Part shown: positions 49,937 to 58,804 of the stretch, piece by piece | Layout of the letters: the number at the start of each line of letters is the position of its first letter | Numbering within the stretch: position 1 is the stretch's first letter | Origin: an uncultured Bacteroidales bacterium | Lineage (GTDB): Bacteria; Bacteroidota; Bacteroidia; Bacteroidales; VadinHA17 | DNA: 64,000 nucleotides | Direction of reading: 5' to 3' | NCBI GenBank assembly: GCA_963734885.1 | Contig: CAVTIJ010000007.1 | Span: forward strand, 123,620 to 187,619 | The notes under the pieces: generated by a model | The model's input: the letters and a program-made list of their open reading frames with translations, nothing else | The model's database searches: none | What the model was told of the DNA's origin: nothing | Translations under genes and position numbers: made by a program

Positions 49937-50415
49937 ATGATAAGGGAAATGCTTCAAACCGATAGTGAAAGAGTCCTGGAGATCTACAGGATGGGGCTTG
50001 AAACAAGAAATGCTTCCTTTGAAACCATTGTTCCCTCCTGGCCGGAATGGGATTCAAAACATCTTCATCATTCTCGATTTGTTTTTGAAGAGTTAGGGAT
50101 AGTGAACGGCTGGGTTGCGTTATCGCCGTTTTCAGTCAGGGAAGTTTATAAAGGGGTTGCGGAGGTCAGTATCTATGTAGCTGATAACTTCCGAGGAAAA
50201 AATACAGGATCAAAACTCATGGAAAGAGCAAAAAACTCGTTATAGAAAGGAATCTGGACTTTGTTTCCAGTGTGTTTCCTGAAAATGAAGCGATCTTAAA
50301 ACTGCATTTAAAATTCGGCTTCAGAGTCATTGGAAAAAGGGAAAAGATAGCAAAACTTGATGGTGTATGGAGGGACACAATTTTGCTGGAACGTAGAAGC
50401 TCCAAAATGTTTTAA
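49937..50415 (+). pseudogene. GNAT N-acetyltransferase (phosphinothricin acetyltransferase-like), in-frame TAG plus frameshift
   Basis: ...VADNFRGKNTGSKLMERAKNSL * KGIWTL / VSSVFPENEAILKLHLKFGFRVIGKREKIAKLDGVWRDTILLERR. TAG at 50243-50245 and a 1-nt loss near 50261-50264. Confidence 0.7.
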
Positions 50416-50446
50416 TCTCTGTGTAAGAGCAAAAATTCTTGATATT

Positions 50447-50952
50447 ATGAAAGAAATAGCGGCTATAATACTTGAAAATGATAAAGGTGAATTTTTACTT
50501 TATCTGCGTGACAATAAACCGGGTATACCCTTCCCCAATCACTGGGATCTCATTGGCGGTCATGTTGAAGAAGGCGAAACCCCGAAGAGGCTCTTGTCCG
50601 TGAAGTGAAAGAAGAACTGGATATCGATCTGAAGGAATACGCTTTTTATAGAAAGTATGAATGCCTGACAGGAGATGCTTATGAAAATATAAAATATATC
50701 TATACCGGCAGGATTAAACTTCCTATCGAAAAAGTAACCTTGTTGGAGGGAGTCCGTCCTCAATATTTTACAAGAGAAGAAATTCCACATGTAAAATTTG
50801 CAAACATCCTGAAATCAATCGTAATGGATTATATTAATGAACCCGACAGAATCAGGCAGAATCAAGTGCATCTTGATTATACACTGCCTTCTTTGTTAAA
50901 ATATTTTGGTGAACCTTTGTGTCTTGGTGTCTTGGTGGCAATTATTCGTTAA
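50447..50952 (+). pseudogene. NUDIX hydrolase, one frameshift in a C4 run
   Basis: GGHVEEGETP / EEALVREVKEELDI Nudix box, split at 50580-50583. The last ~15 codons are encoded by repeat copy 11. Confidence 0.7.
50887..50945. repeat. palindromic element, copy 11 (degenerate, right-arm type)
   Basis: CTTCTTTGT..., CCTTTGTGTCTTGGTGTCTTGGTGG. Overlaps the 3' end of the NUDIX ORF. Confidence 0.45.
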
Positions 50953-50963
50953 TACGTTTTATC

Positions 50964-52737
50964 TTGAAAAGTTATCGAAAAACCGACCAATACCTTCTTC
51001 CTAAAGTGAAGCCTTTGAACTCAAAGGGTAGTTATGATATCTCCCCGACTTATAAACTCGATGATGAATAAAATTGCTTCAGGATTCGAATCATTGGCTC
51101 TTGCTAATATCCAAACATAAGATTATAATTATCGATGGTTATATAGGTGTTTTTTATGATCAATTCCAAGAAGAAACTGGAAGAACATCTGAAAAATCTT
51201 GGCAAAAAAACTTCATGGAAATCAACAAGTGATTTTTAAAATCTTCCTGATATATTATCGGAGATTGTTTCACCATTTACCGGCGGCGATGATCCTGTTT
51301 TCGGGTACCGGACGACTATGAATCTCGAGGATTTTTTCGATTTAAATGCTTTGAAAAAAAGCACAATTGATAATGAATCTGATATAAATATTCTGATAGG
51401 TCCCGGCGCATCACTTGCTGGTTGGAAAGGGTTATTAGTTTATATAGATATCCCGAAAAATGAAATACAATTCAGATCACAGGGCCGCGAAGCATCACCA
51501 ATCTTGGTGCTGTCATCATCCTGCTGATCCAAAGGAGATGTATAAGCGATTTTATTTTGTTGACTGGATTGTACTGAATAAACACAAACAAAATATCTTC
51601 CCCGGCATAGATATAATTGTAGATGCACAAAATCCTGCAAATCCGTCATGGATGACGGGAGATACGTTTGAGAAGGTCCTTATCAGAAATGTGTCAGACT
51701 TCATTCAGAGTAAGACCGTGGTTTGAGCCTGGCGTTTGGGGAGGGACCTGGATAAAAGACCATATTGGAGGACTAAACCCGATGTTCCTAATTATGCATG
51801 GTCATTCGAATTAATTGTCCCGAAAATGGCCTCCTTTTTGAAAGCTCCGGAAAACTTTTAGAAGTCTCATTTGACTTTCTGATGTACCAGGAAGCAAAAA
51901 ATATTCTGGGTGATTGTTTCGAACGATTTGGAACTGAATTCCCGATAAGATTCGATTTCCTTGATACTTTCGATGGAGGAAATCTTTCGGTACAATGTCA
52001 TCCACGACCAGATTACATTAAAAAGCATTTTGGAGAAAGTTTCACCCAGGAAGAAACCTACTACATACTTGATACTAAAGATAACGCTGTTGTGTATCTT
52101 GGATTTCAGGACAATATAGATCCGACAGAATTCAGAAATGTTCTTGAAGAAAGCCATGCAAAATAAAGCAATCCGGTTCATATTGAGAAATATGTACAGA
52201 GACACCGGGCTTCAAAACATGACCTGTTTCTGATACCTTATGGTACCATTCATGGATCGGGTAAAAACAATCTTGTTCTTGAAATAAGTTCCACTCCATA
52301 TATATTCACTTTCAAAATGTATGACTGGTGCCGTCTGGATCTCGATGGAAAGCCTCGTCCGCTGAATATAAACAGAGGAATGGAAAATTTGTATTTCGAC
52401 CGGAAAGGCTCACATGTAAAGAAAGAACTTAAATCTGCTCCGATTCTCATCGGAGAGGGCAAGGATTGGCAGGTTTATCATTTACCGACTCACGAAACTC
52501 ACCTGTATGATGTCCATAGGTTGAAATTTCAGAAATTCTATTGAAGTTAAAACTGAAAACAAGTGTCATGTTTTGAGCCTGGTTGAAGGGAGTAGTATTA
52601 TTGTCGAAACAGGAAATGGCAAATCTCACCGATTCAACTACGCGGAAACATTTGTGATCCCTGCCGCTGCCGGGAGTTACAGAATAATTAATGAATCGGC
52701 TGATGTGGCAATGGTCGTAAAGGCATTTGTTAAATAA
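50964..52737 (+). pseudogene. class I mannose-6-phosphate isomerase (long form), heavily disrupted
   Basis: Fragments in all three frames: ...[17 protein letters not shown]..., ...[22 protein letters not shown]..., ...[25 protein letters not shown]..., ...[16 protein letters not shown].... At least 6 frame changes plus an in-frame TAA at 52164-52166. The 5' boundary is approximate. Confidence 0.6.
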
Positions 52738-52772
52738 CATCACGCTCCACTGGAACGAGATATTGAATTAAT

Positions 52773-52965
52773 GGAACCCCTCCGGGGTTCTTTAAATCTT
52801 TCCTTGTATATTTATTCTGGTATTTGTGGAACACCTCCGGTGTTCAAAATCACGTTTTCAGAACTTAGGCGGAAAGACAAACGATGCAAACTATAGAACC
52901 GCAGAGCGGTTCCATAAATAATAGCAGGAAACCCGATAGTGAACATAGAACCTCGGAGAGGTTCC
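52773..52965. repeat. four covarying hairpins GGAAC-NNN-TCY-N'N'N'-GTTC (two per orientation)
   Basis: 52773-52790 GGAACCCCTCCGGGGTTC; 52828-52845 GGAACACCTCCGGTGTTC; 52896-52913 and 52948-52965 are reverse complements of GGAACCGCTCTGCGGTTC and GGAACCTCTCCGAGGTTC. Confidence 0.8.
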
Positions 52966-52986
52966 ATTATTAAAAATCTTAACATC

Positions 52987-55900
52987 ATGAAACGATTCTT
53001 CTCTTTCATATTCGTCATTTCTCTCATTATAGGCAATTTAAATGCCCAATCATTCCTCTCTGACGATGACTACCTGATCAACGGTTATGCAAGAAAAATC
53101 TCCGGTCTGGATTATGACTATCAATCATGCATACCCGGTTTGCGCGAAAGTATGCTGGTCAGGGCACTGAATGGCAAGGATTTTATGGAATGGGAAACTG
53201 ATCCGGTTCCGGTGCATATCACTAAAAAATATGCGACGTTTATCTGGGTTGCGGCTCTCGGATCAAGTCCGGGAAAATCAGAGATGGTTTTGAATCTGAA
53301 CGGCGATCAGAATTACACTTTTTACACCGATGGACAGCGACATTGGGAAGTAAAAAACCCCGACGGTTCCTCTTTAACTTTTAATTCAATTATGGTTGAC
53401 CAGAATGGTGACAATCATGGATATATGATATTAAGAATTCCAGGTTCAAAGCTGATTTCAGGTAAGTCCTTTAAAGTTAAAAATAACCGGGGGTCAGAAT
53501 AATCTTACATCATGGTATATGACATTTAAAAAAGAGGTCAGAACCGGCGTAACTATGAATGCCTTCCCGGCAATATTGAAAAAGGGATCTGCACGTCTTC
53601 AACTTATAGAACTTGGAGTTTTTTATTTCGGAAAGGAAGGTGATGCTAAAATATATGCAGATGGCAGATTTCTTGAAAACGCCGCCCTGAAATTCGGTTA
53701 TAATTCAATAAACGTTGGATTACAACCCGTCACTGAAGCCACCCCTATTGAACTGAAAGTTGTAGCATGGTGACATTACAATGCGAAAAAGCGTTGTCCT
53801 CGATCCGGTAAGAAAATGGGATATAAAATTGATTCAGCATACTCATACCGACATAGGTTACACCAGATCGCAAACAGATATCCTTGCAGAACATCTGAGA
53901 TACATTGATTATGCTCTTGATTATTGTGATGCAACGGATAATTATCCCGACAATGCTAAGTTCCGATGGACCTGCGAAGCGTCATGGCCGGTAGATGAAT
54001 ATCTGAAATGCAGACCTGCAGGCCAGATTGAACGTCTGATTAAAAGGATAAAGGAAGGCCGAATTGAAGTTACCGGCATGTATTTCAATTTTGATGAATT
54101 ACCCGATGAAAAAATCCTTGCTGCATCTCTTGCAGCATTGGGCAGGATCAGGGAAAAAGGGATACCTGTTTCCCTGGCAATGCAGGATGACGTAAACGGC
54201 ATTGGCTGGTGCCTTAATGATTATTTCAATCAGGTGGGTGTGAAATATCTGAACATGGGCACCCATGGACATCGTGCATTGATCTGCTTTGATAAACCAA
54301 CTATGTTCTGGTGGGAATCGCCGTCGGGAAAACGACTTCTTACTTTCAGAGCCGAACATTATATGACCGGGAACACCGTTCTGGAAATGCAATCGGGAGA
54401 TATCGACCGTTTTAAAAGAAACCTGATGAACTATCTTATCAGTCTCGATGCCAAAAAATATCCATATGATGAAATGGCAATTCAGCATTCAGGGTACCTG
54501 ACAGATAATTCACCTCCATCAACAATTGCCAGCGATCTTGTAAAACAATGGAATGAGATGTTTGAATGGCCAAGATTGTCAACCTCCACTGCTGAGACAT
54601 TTTTCAGCGATATGGAAAGAGATCACGGAGGTGAATTCCCTGTAATAAGAGGTGCCTGGCCCGATTGGTGGACAGATGGATTTGGCGCCTCAGCCCGGGA
54701 AACAGGAACAACACGCCTCGCATCTTCTTTGCTTACTGCAAATGAAGCCGGACTAACAATGGCTTCCATAGCAGGAGTTAAACTACCAGATGATATAAAA
54801 TATAGTATCAGTCTTACAGATAATGCATTATTGTTTTATACCGAACATACGATGGGTTATTCTGAGAGCGTAAGGGAACCACTCAGTCAGCCCACAATGG
54901 AGCAGCGCGCCCTCAAAGAATCGTACGCATGGGAAGCAAACAGGAGGGCAGCTTCAATTGGTGAAGAAGCAATGGGATTGCTGCAAAGCAGATTTAACCG
55001 CGAACCACAACCATCATTAATTGTATTTAATACACTTAATTGGAAACGATCTGGTCTCGCAAAAGTATATATTGACCATCAGATTATTCCCAGGGGCAAA
55101 ATTGCCGGAATATATGATCACGATGGCAACAGACTACCCGTTCAGGCAATTGAAAGTCGCTCGGATGTCACAGAATGGGCTATATGGTTAAATGATGTGC
55201 CTGCTTTCGGTTATAAAAAATATACTATAAAAGCCATCGACGAACAGGCATCAGAAAATCTTTATGGTAAAACGTTAGAGAACAAATGGTACAAAATAGT
55301 TACAGATCCATTGAAAGGGACAATAACATCATGGTACGATAAAGACCTTGGTACGGAACTTCTCGATCAGGGGAATAAATATAGAATGGGGGAATTCATC
55401 CTTGAGCAGCTTGGAAACAGGTCGCAGATGGAAAGCCACAGGCTTGATGATTTCAAACGATCTCCGTTAGATACTGTATGGTTCGACTCAATGACAAGAG
55501 GAGAAATATGGAACAGTATAAGATTTTATGGTGAATCGTCAACTTCAGAAAAACCGCAGAGGATTCATGTTTGAAATAAGGCTTTTTAATACTGACAAGC
55601 GTCTCGACCTCGCTTGTTCAATAGTAAAAAAGGACATTGTCTCTCCTGAGAGTTTTTATATAGCTTTCCCGTTCATGGTAAAGGACGGAAAACATTTTAC
55701 CGAAGTGCAGGGAGGAGTAATCGAAGCAGGAAAGGATCAGATAAAAGGATCATCAAACGACTGGTATACAGTTCAGGATTTCACTTCAGTCAAAAATGAT
55801 GTGTCGCAAATTATAATCGGCTGTCCAGAGATGCCTCTTATGCAGCTTGGCGCAATAAATACCGGCAGATATATTGCAGGTGCCTTGCCCAGAGTACAAA

Positions 55901-56351
55901 CCTGTTTTCATGGCCAATGAATAATTATTGGGTGACGAACTTCAATGCTGATCAGCGCGGAGGACATTCCTGGACATATTATCTGACAAGTTCCAGTGAT
56001 AACTCAACAGGTTTTGCAACGGAATTCGGCTGGGGATGCCGTATTCCCTATTTAACCAGAATCCTTCCGGGATCGGGAAAAGGCGACAATAACTGGGAGG
56101 GTTCCTTTATCAGCGGATGGCCTTCAAATATTCTACTGGTAAGCGCAGAACCCGAGACTGACGGAAAATCATGCATTATTCATTTGCGGGAAATAAACGG
56201 GAAATCGGCTTCAATTGATCTTATTAACGGGGTGAACAACAAAAGTCTGAAAGCAGTTGAAGTTGATGTTACCGGAAAAACACTCGAAAATCAGTCCTTG
56301 AAGATCAATCCCTTTGAATCAAAGTTTTTCAGGATTATTTTTGCTCCATGA
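52987..56351 (+). pseudogene. GH38 alpha-mannosidase with N-terminal accessory domain, four frameshifts
   Basis: Signal peptide at MKRFF. IKLIQHTHTDIGYT is the GH38 catalytic motif, and WPDWWTDG and MNNYWVTNF are also present. Frame changes occur near 53480-53484 (A run), 53765-53770, 55549-55553 (A run) and 55887-55895. Confidence 0.7.
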
Positions 56352-56369
56352 CAATCTAAAATTACAACT

Positions 56370-56726
56370 ATGCTTACTTACCATGAAACGGGTAAATTTA
56401 AAATTGCCGAAGTTGAAGACTTGAATTTCCTGATCTCTGAACCCCAGGACGTTCTTGACCTCATGGGTGATGCCGTGTCTGAGAACTGCAGCAGGATGAT
56501 AGTGCAGGAAAGGAACCTGAATCCTGATTTTTTCAGGCTTCAGACCGGATTAGCCGGAGAGATCCTTCAGAAATTTTCAAATTATAGTTTCAAGCTGGCG
56601 ATAATTGGGGATTTCGAAAAATATAAAAGTAAAAACCTGCAGGATTTTATGCGGGAAAGCAATAAGGGAAACAGGATATTCTTTGTCAGTACCCATGAAG
56701 AAGCTTTAATGAAATTGATGATTTGA
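56370..56726 (+). CDS. DUF4180-like protein
   Basis: 118 aa. The pattern ...LNPDFFRLQTGLAGEILQKFSNYSFKLAIIGDF...ESNKGNRIFFV is recalled from DUF4180. Confidence 0.55.
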   Translation: MLTYHETGKFKIAEVEDLNFLISEPQDVLDLMGDAVSENCSRMIVQERNLNPDFFRLQTGLAGEILQKFSNYSFKLAIIGDFEKYKSKNLQDFMRESNKGNRIFFVSTHEEALMKLMI

Positions 56727-56799
56727 AAAGGCTTTGCAAAATCGGTAATGCCCAATTTTTGGATGTTCTACTTCCTTCCAAATCGATTTTATATTCGAC

Positions 56800-56950
56800 T
56801 TTTTTTACCACAAAGGAACACTAAGGTAAATCATTAAGGTACACAAAGGAGTTTCTGAATCTTATATGGAATCAGAATCAATCTACAAGATCTTTTGTGA
56901 CCCTTTGTGTATCCTTCGTGACCCTTTGTGGTTAATGGATTTCAATTTTT
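56800..56950. repeat. CACAAAG/CTTTGTG palindromic intergenic element, copy 12
   Basis: TTTTTTTACCACAAAGG...ACACAAAGG, a central TTCTGA(A)T...ATCAGAA hairpin, then TTTTGTG, CTTTGTG, CTTCGTG, CTTTGTGGTTAATGGATTTCAATTTTTT. Lies between convergent genes. Confidence 0.85.
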
Positions 56951-56984
56951 TTCAATATTGCCTCATTCGATGTCCGGAGGAACT

Positions 56985-57854
56985 TTATTTATAATCTTCA
57001 TCCCTGGCTTTCAAAGACAGGAACCCTTTTGGCATTGGCGATTCAACTGTTACCATTTTCCCTGTTGATGGATGCGGAAAAGATATAGAAAATGCATGAA
57101 GCCTGACACGCCTGACAAACTCTTTGGCGGCTCCATATTTCCAATCACCCACAATTGGACATCCGATATCTGATAAATGAACTCTTATCTGGTTTTTACG
57201 GCCTGTTTCGGTTCTAATATCCAAAAGAGTATAATTATCAATATTTCTTATTGTCTTATAATGAGTTATGGCTAGTTTAGCATTTGGAGATTCCTTTACG
57301 GAATGCATCTTCTGGGTATGATCCTCCGCAAGCCAGCTTTGGATTGTTCCTTCGGGATTTTCGGGAACACCTTCAACTAAAGCATAGTAATGTTTTTCTG
57401 TTTCATCCCATTTGTCCTTTATTGTATCCATCACAGCTTCAGATTTAGCGAATATCAGAACACCCGACACTTCCTTATCGAGCCGGTGAACAACGTAAGT
57501 CCTTACGGTTCCTTTACTCTTTTCCTTCAGATACTCTGAAATTGTCCACTGGATATTTGCGCTTCCATCGATGCTGGATGTAGCAATCCCTGCAGGTTTG
57601 TCAATCACTATCATTTCCTGATCATCATATAATACCGGAAAAGGCAGACTGATTTTTGTAATAGTGCTTGCCTTCATGCTAAAGTCGACTGAATCACCGG
57701 GTCTTAATGAATATGAATGCAGTGTAACAGGCTTATTATTCACTTTTACGGTTCCACTCTGAAGAAGCTTTTTTATTCGCGTCTTCGGAGAATCAGGGTA
57801 CTGTTCAAACAGAAATTCGAGTAAAGCCTGAGGTTTATTTATTGTTATTTTCAA
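56985..57854 (-). CDS. RluA family pseudouridine synthase (with N-terminal S4-like domain)
   Basis: HRLDKEVSGVLIFAKS catalytic motif and GRKNQIRVH. Confidence 0.9.
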   Translation of the reverse strand: MKITINKPQALLEFLFEQYPDSPKTRIKKLLQSGTVKVNNKPVTLHSYSLRPGDSVDFSMKASTITKISLPFPVLYDDQEMIVIDKPAGIATSSIDGSANIQWTISEYLKEKSKGTVRTYVVHRLDKEVSGVLIFAKSEAVMDTIKDKWDETEKHYYALVEGVPENPEGTIQSWLAEDHTQKMHSVKESPNAKLAITHYKTIRNIDNYTLLDIRTETGRKNQIRVHLSDIGCPIVGDWKYGAAKEFVRRVRLHAFSISFPHPSTGKMVTVESPMPKGFLSLKARDEDYK

Positions 57855-57948
57855 GTAGTTGCATTTAAATTATTTATCGGCCGAAGTTATGAAAAAATAA
57901 GATTGTTTTTGGATTCCGATCAGGAGTCGTTTGATAATATCTTTTCTA

Positions 57949-58076
57949 CACGCAAAGTAAGCGCAACCTTCGACAAACTCAGGGTGAGTGCGCGAAGGCT
58001 GGGATTAATAAATTAGTTCTTTGTGACCTTTGCGTAAAATCTTTGCGACCTTTGTGGTTAAATGAATTTCAAATTT
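57949..58076. repeat. palindromic element, copy 13 (mixed CGCAAAG/CTTTGCG units)
   Basis: Left arm has CGCAAAG, GCGCAACC, GCGCGAAGG. Right arm has CTTTGTG, CTTTGCG x2, CTTTGTGGTTAAATGAATTTCAAA. Lies between divergent genes. Confidence 0.7.
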
Positions 58077-58123
58077 TAAAAAAAGTTGTATCTTTTATAC
58101 ACAATTTTAAGGCTACATTTATC

Positions 58124-58786
58124 ATGAAAATACGCGCAATTATTACCGGTGTAACAGGAATGGTTGGCGAAGGTGTGCTGCATGAAGCCCTTCAGCATCC
58201 CGATGTAGAAAAAGTTCTGGTAATTAACAGGAGACCATGCAAGGTTTTTCATCCAAAATTGACAGAGATCCTGCATACCGATTTTTTTAATCTTGATTCA
58301 ATAGCTGATCATATGACGGGATATAATGCATGTTTTTTTTGCCTTGGAATATCATCTGTTGGTATAAGCGAAGAAAAATACTACTCTTTGACATATACGC
58401 TTACGATGAATATGGCTGAAATCCTGGCAAAACATAATCCTGAAATGACATTTTGTTATATATCAGGTGCAGGTACAGACAGTACCGAAAAAGGCAGACT
58501 AAACTGGGCACGGGTAAAAGGCAAAACAGAAAACGAGCTTATGAAACTGCCGTTTAAAAAGGTTTTTGCTTTTCGACCGGGGTTTCTGCAACCCACTAAA
58601 GGTCTGAAGAATGTCCACAGGTTTTATGGGATATTTGTATTGTTATATCCTGTTTTCAGATTTCTGATGCCGAAATATGTTTCAACGTTAAAGGAATTAG
58701 GTCTGGCAATGATCAATGTAGTTTTATTTGGTTATGATAAATCAGTTATTGAAGTCAGGGATATTCTTTTGCTGTCAAAAAAATGA
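58124..58786 (+). CDS. NAD(P)H-binding (atypical SDR/epimerase-like) protein
   Basis: MKIRAIITGVTGMVGEGV Rossmann motif. The 58043 start in the ORF track lies in repeat copy 13 and is rejected. Confidence 0.65.
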   Translation: MKIRAIITGVTGMVGEGVLHEALQHPDVEKVLVINRRPCKVFHPKLTEILHTDFFNLDSIADHMTGYNACFFCLGISSVGISEEKYYSLTYTLTMNMAEILAKHNPEMTFCYISGAGTDSTEKGRLNWARVKGKTENELMKLPFKKVFAFRPGFLQPTKGLKNVHRFYGIFVLLYPVFRFLMPKYVSTLKELGLAMINVVLFGYDKSVIEVRDILLLSKK

Positions 58787-58804
58787 TCGTGACCGGTCAC
58801 ACAA

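Noticed and set aside
11078-58076. Could the CACAAAG/CTTTGTG arrays be CRISPR arrays?
   Set aside because: The units are 7 nt, spaced 2-5 nt apart, with only 3-4 per arm, and the arms are mutually complementary. There are no 25-40-nt repeats, no unique spacers and no cas genes.
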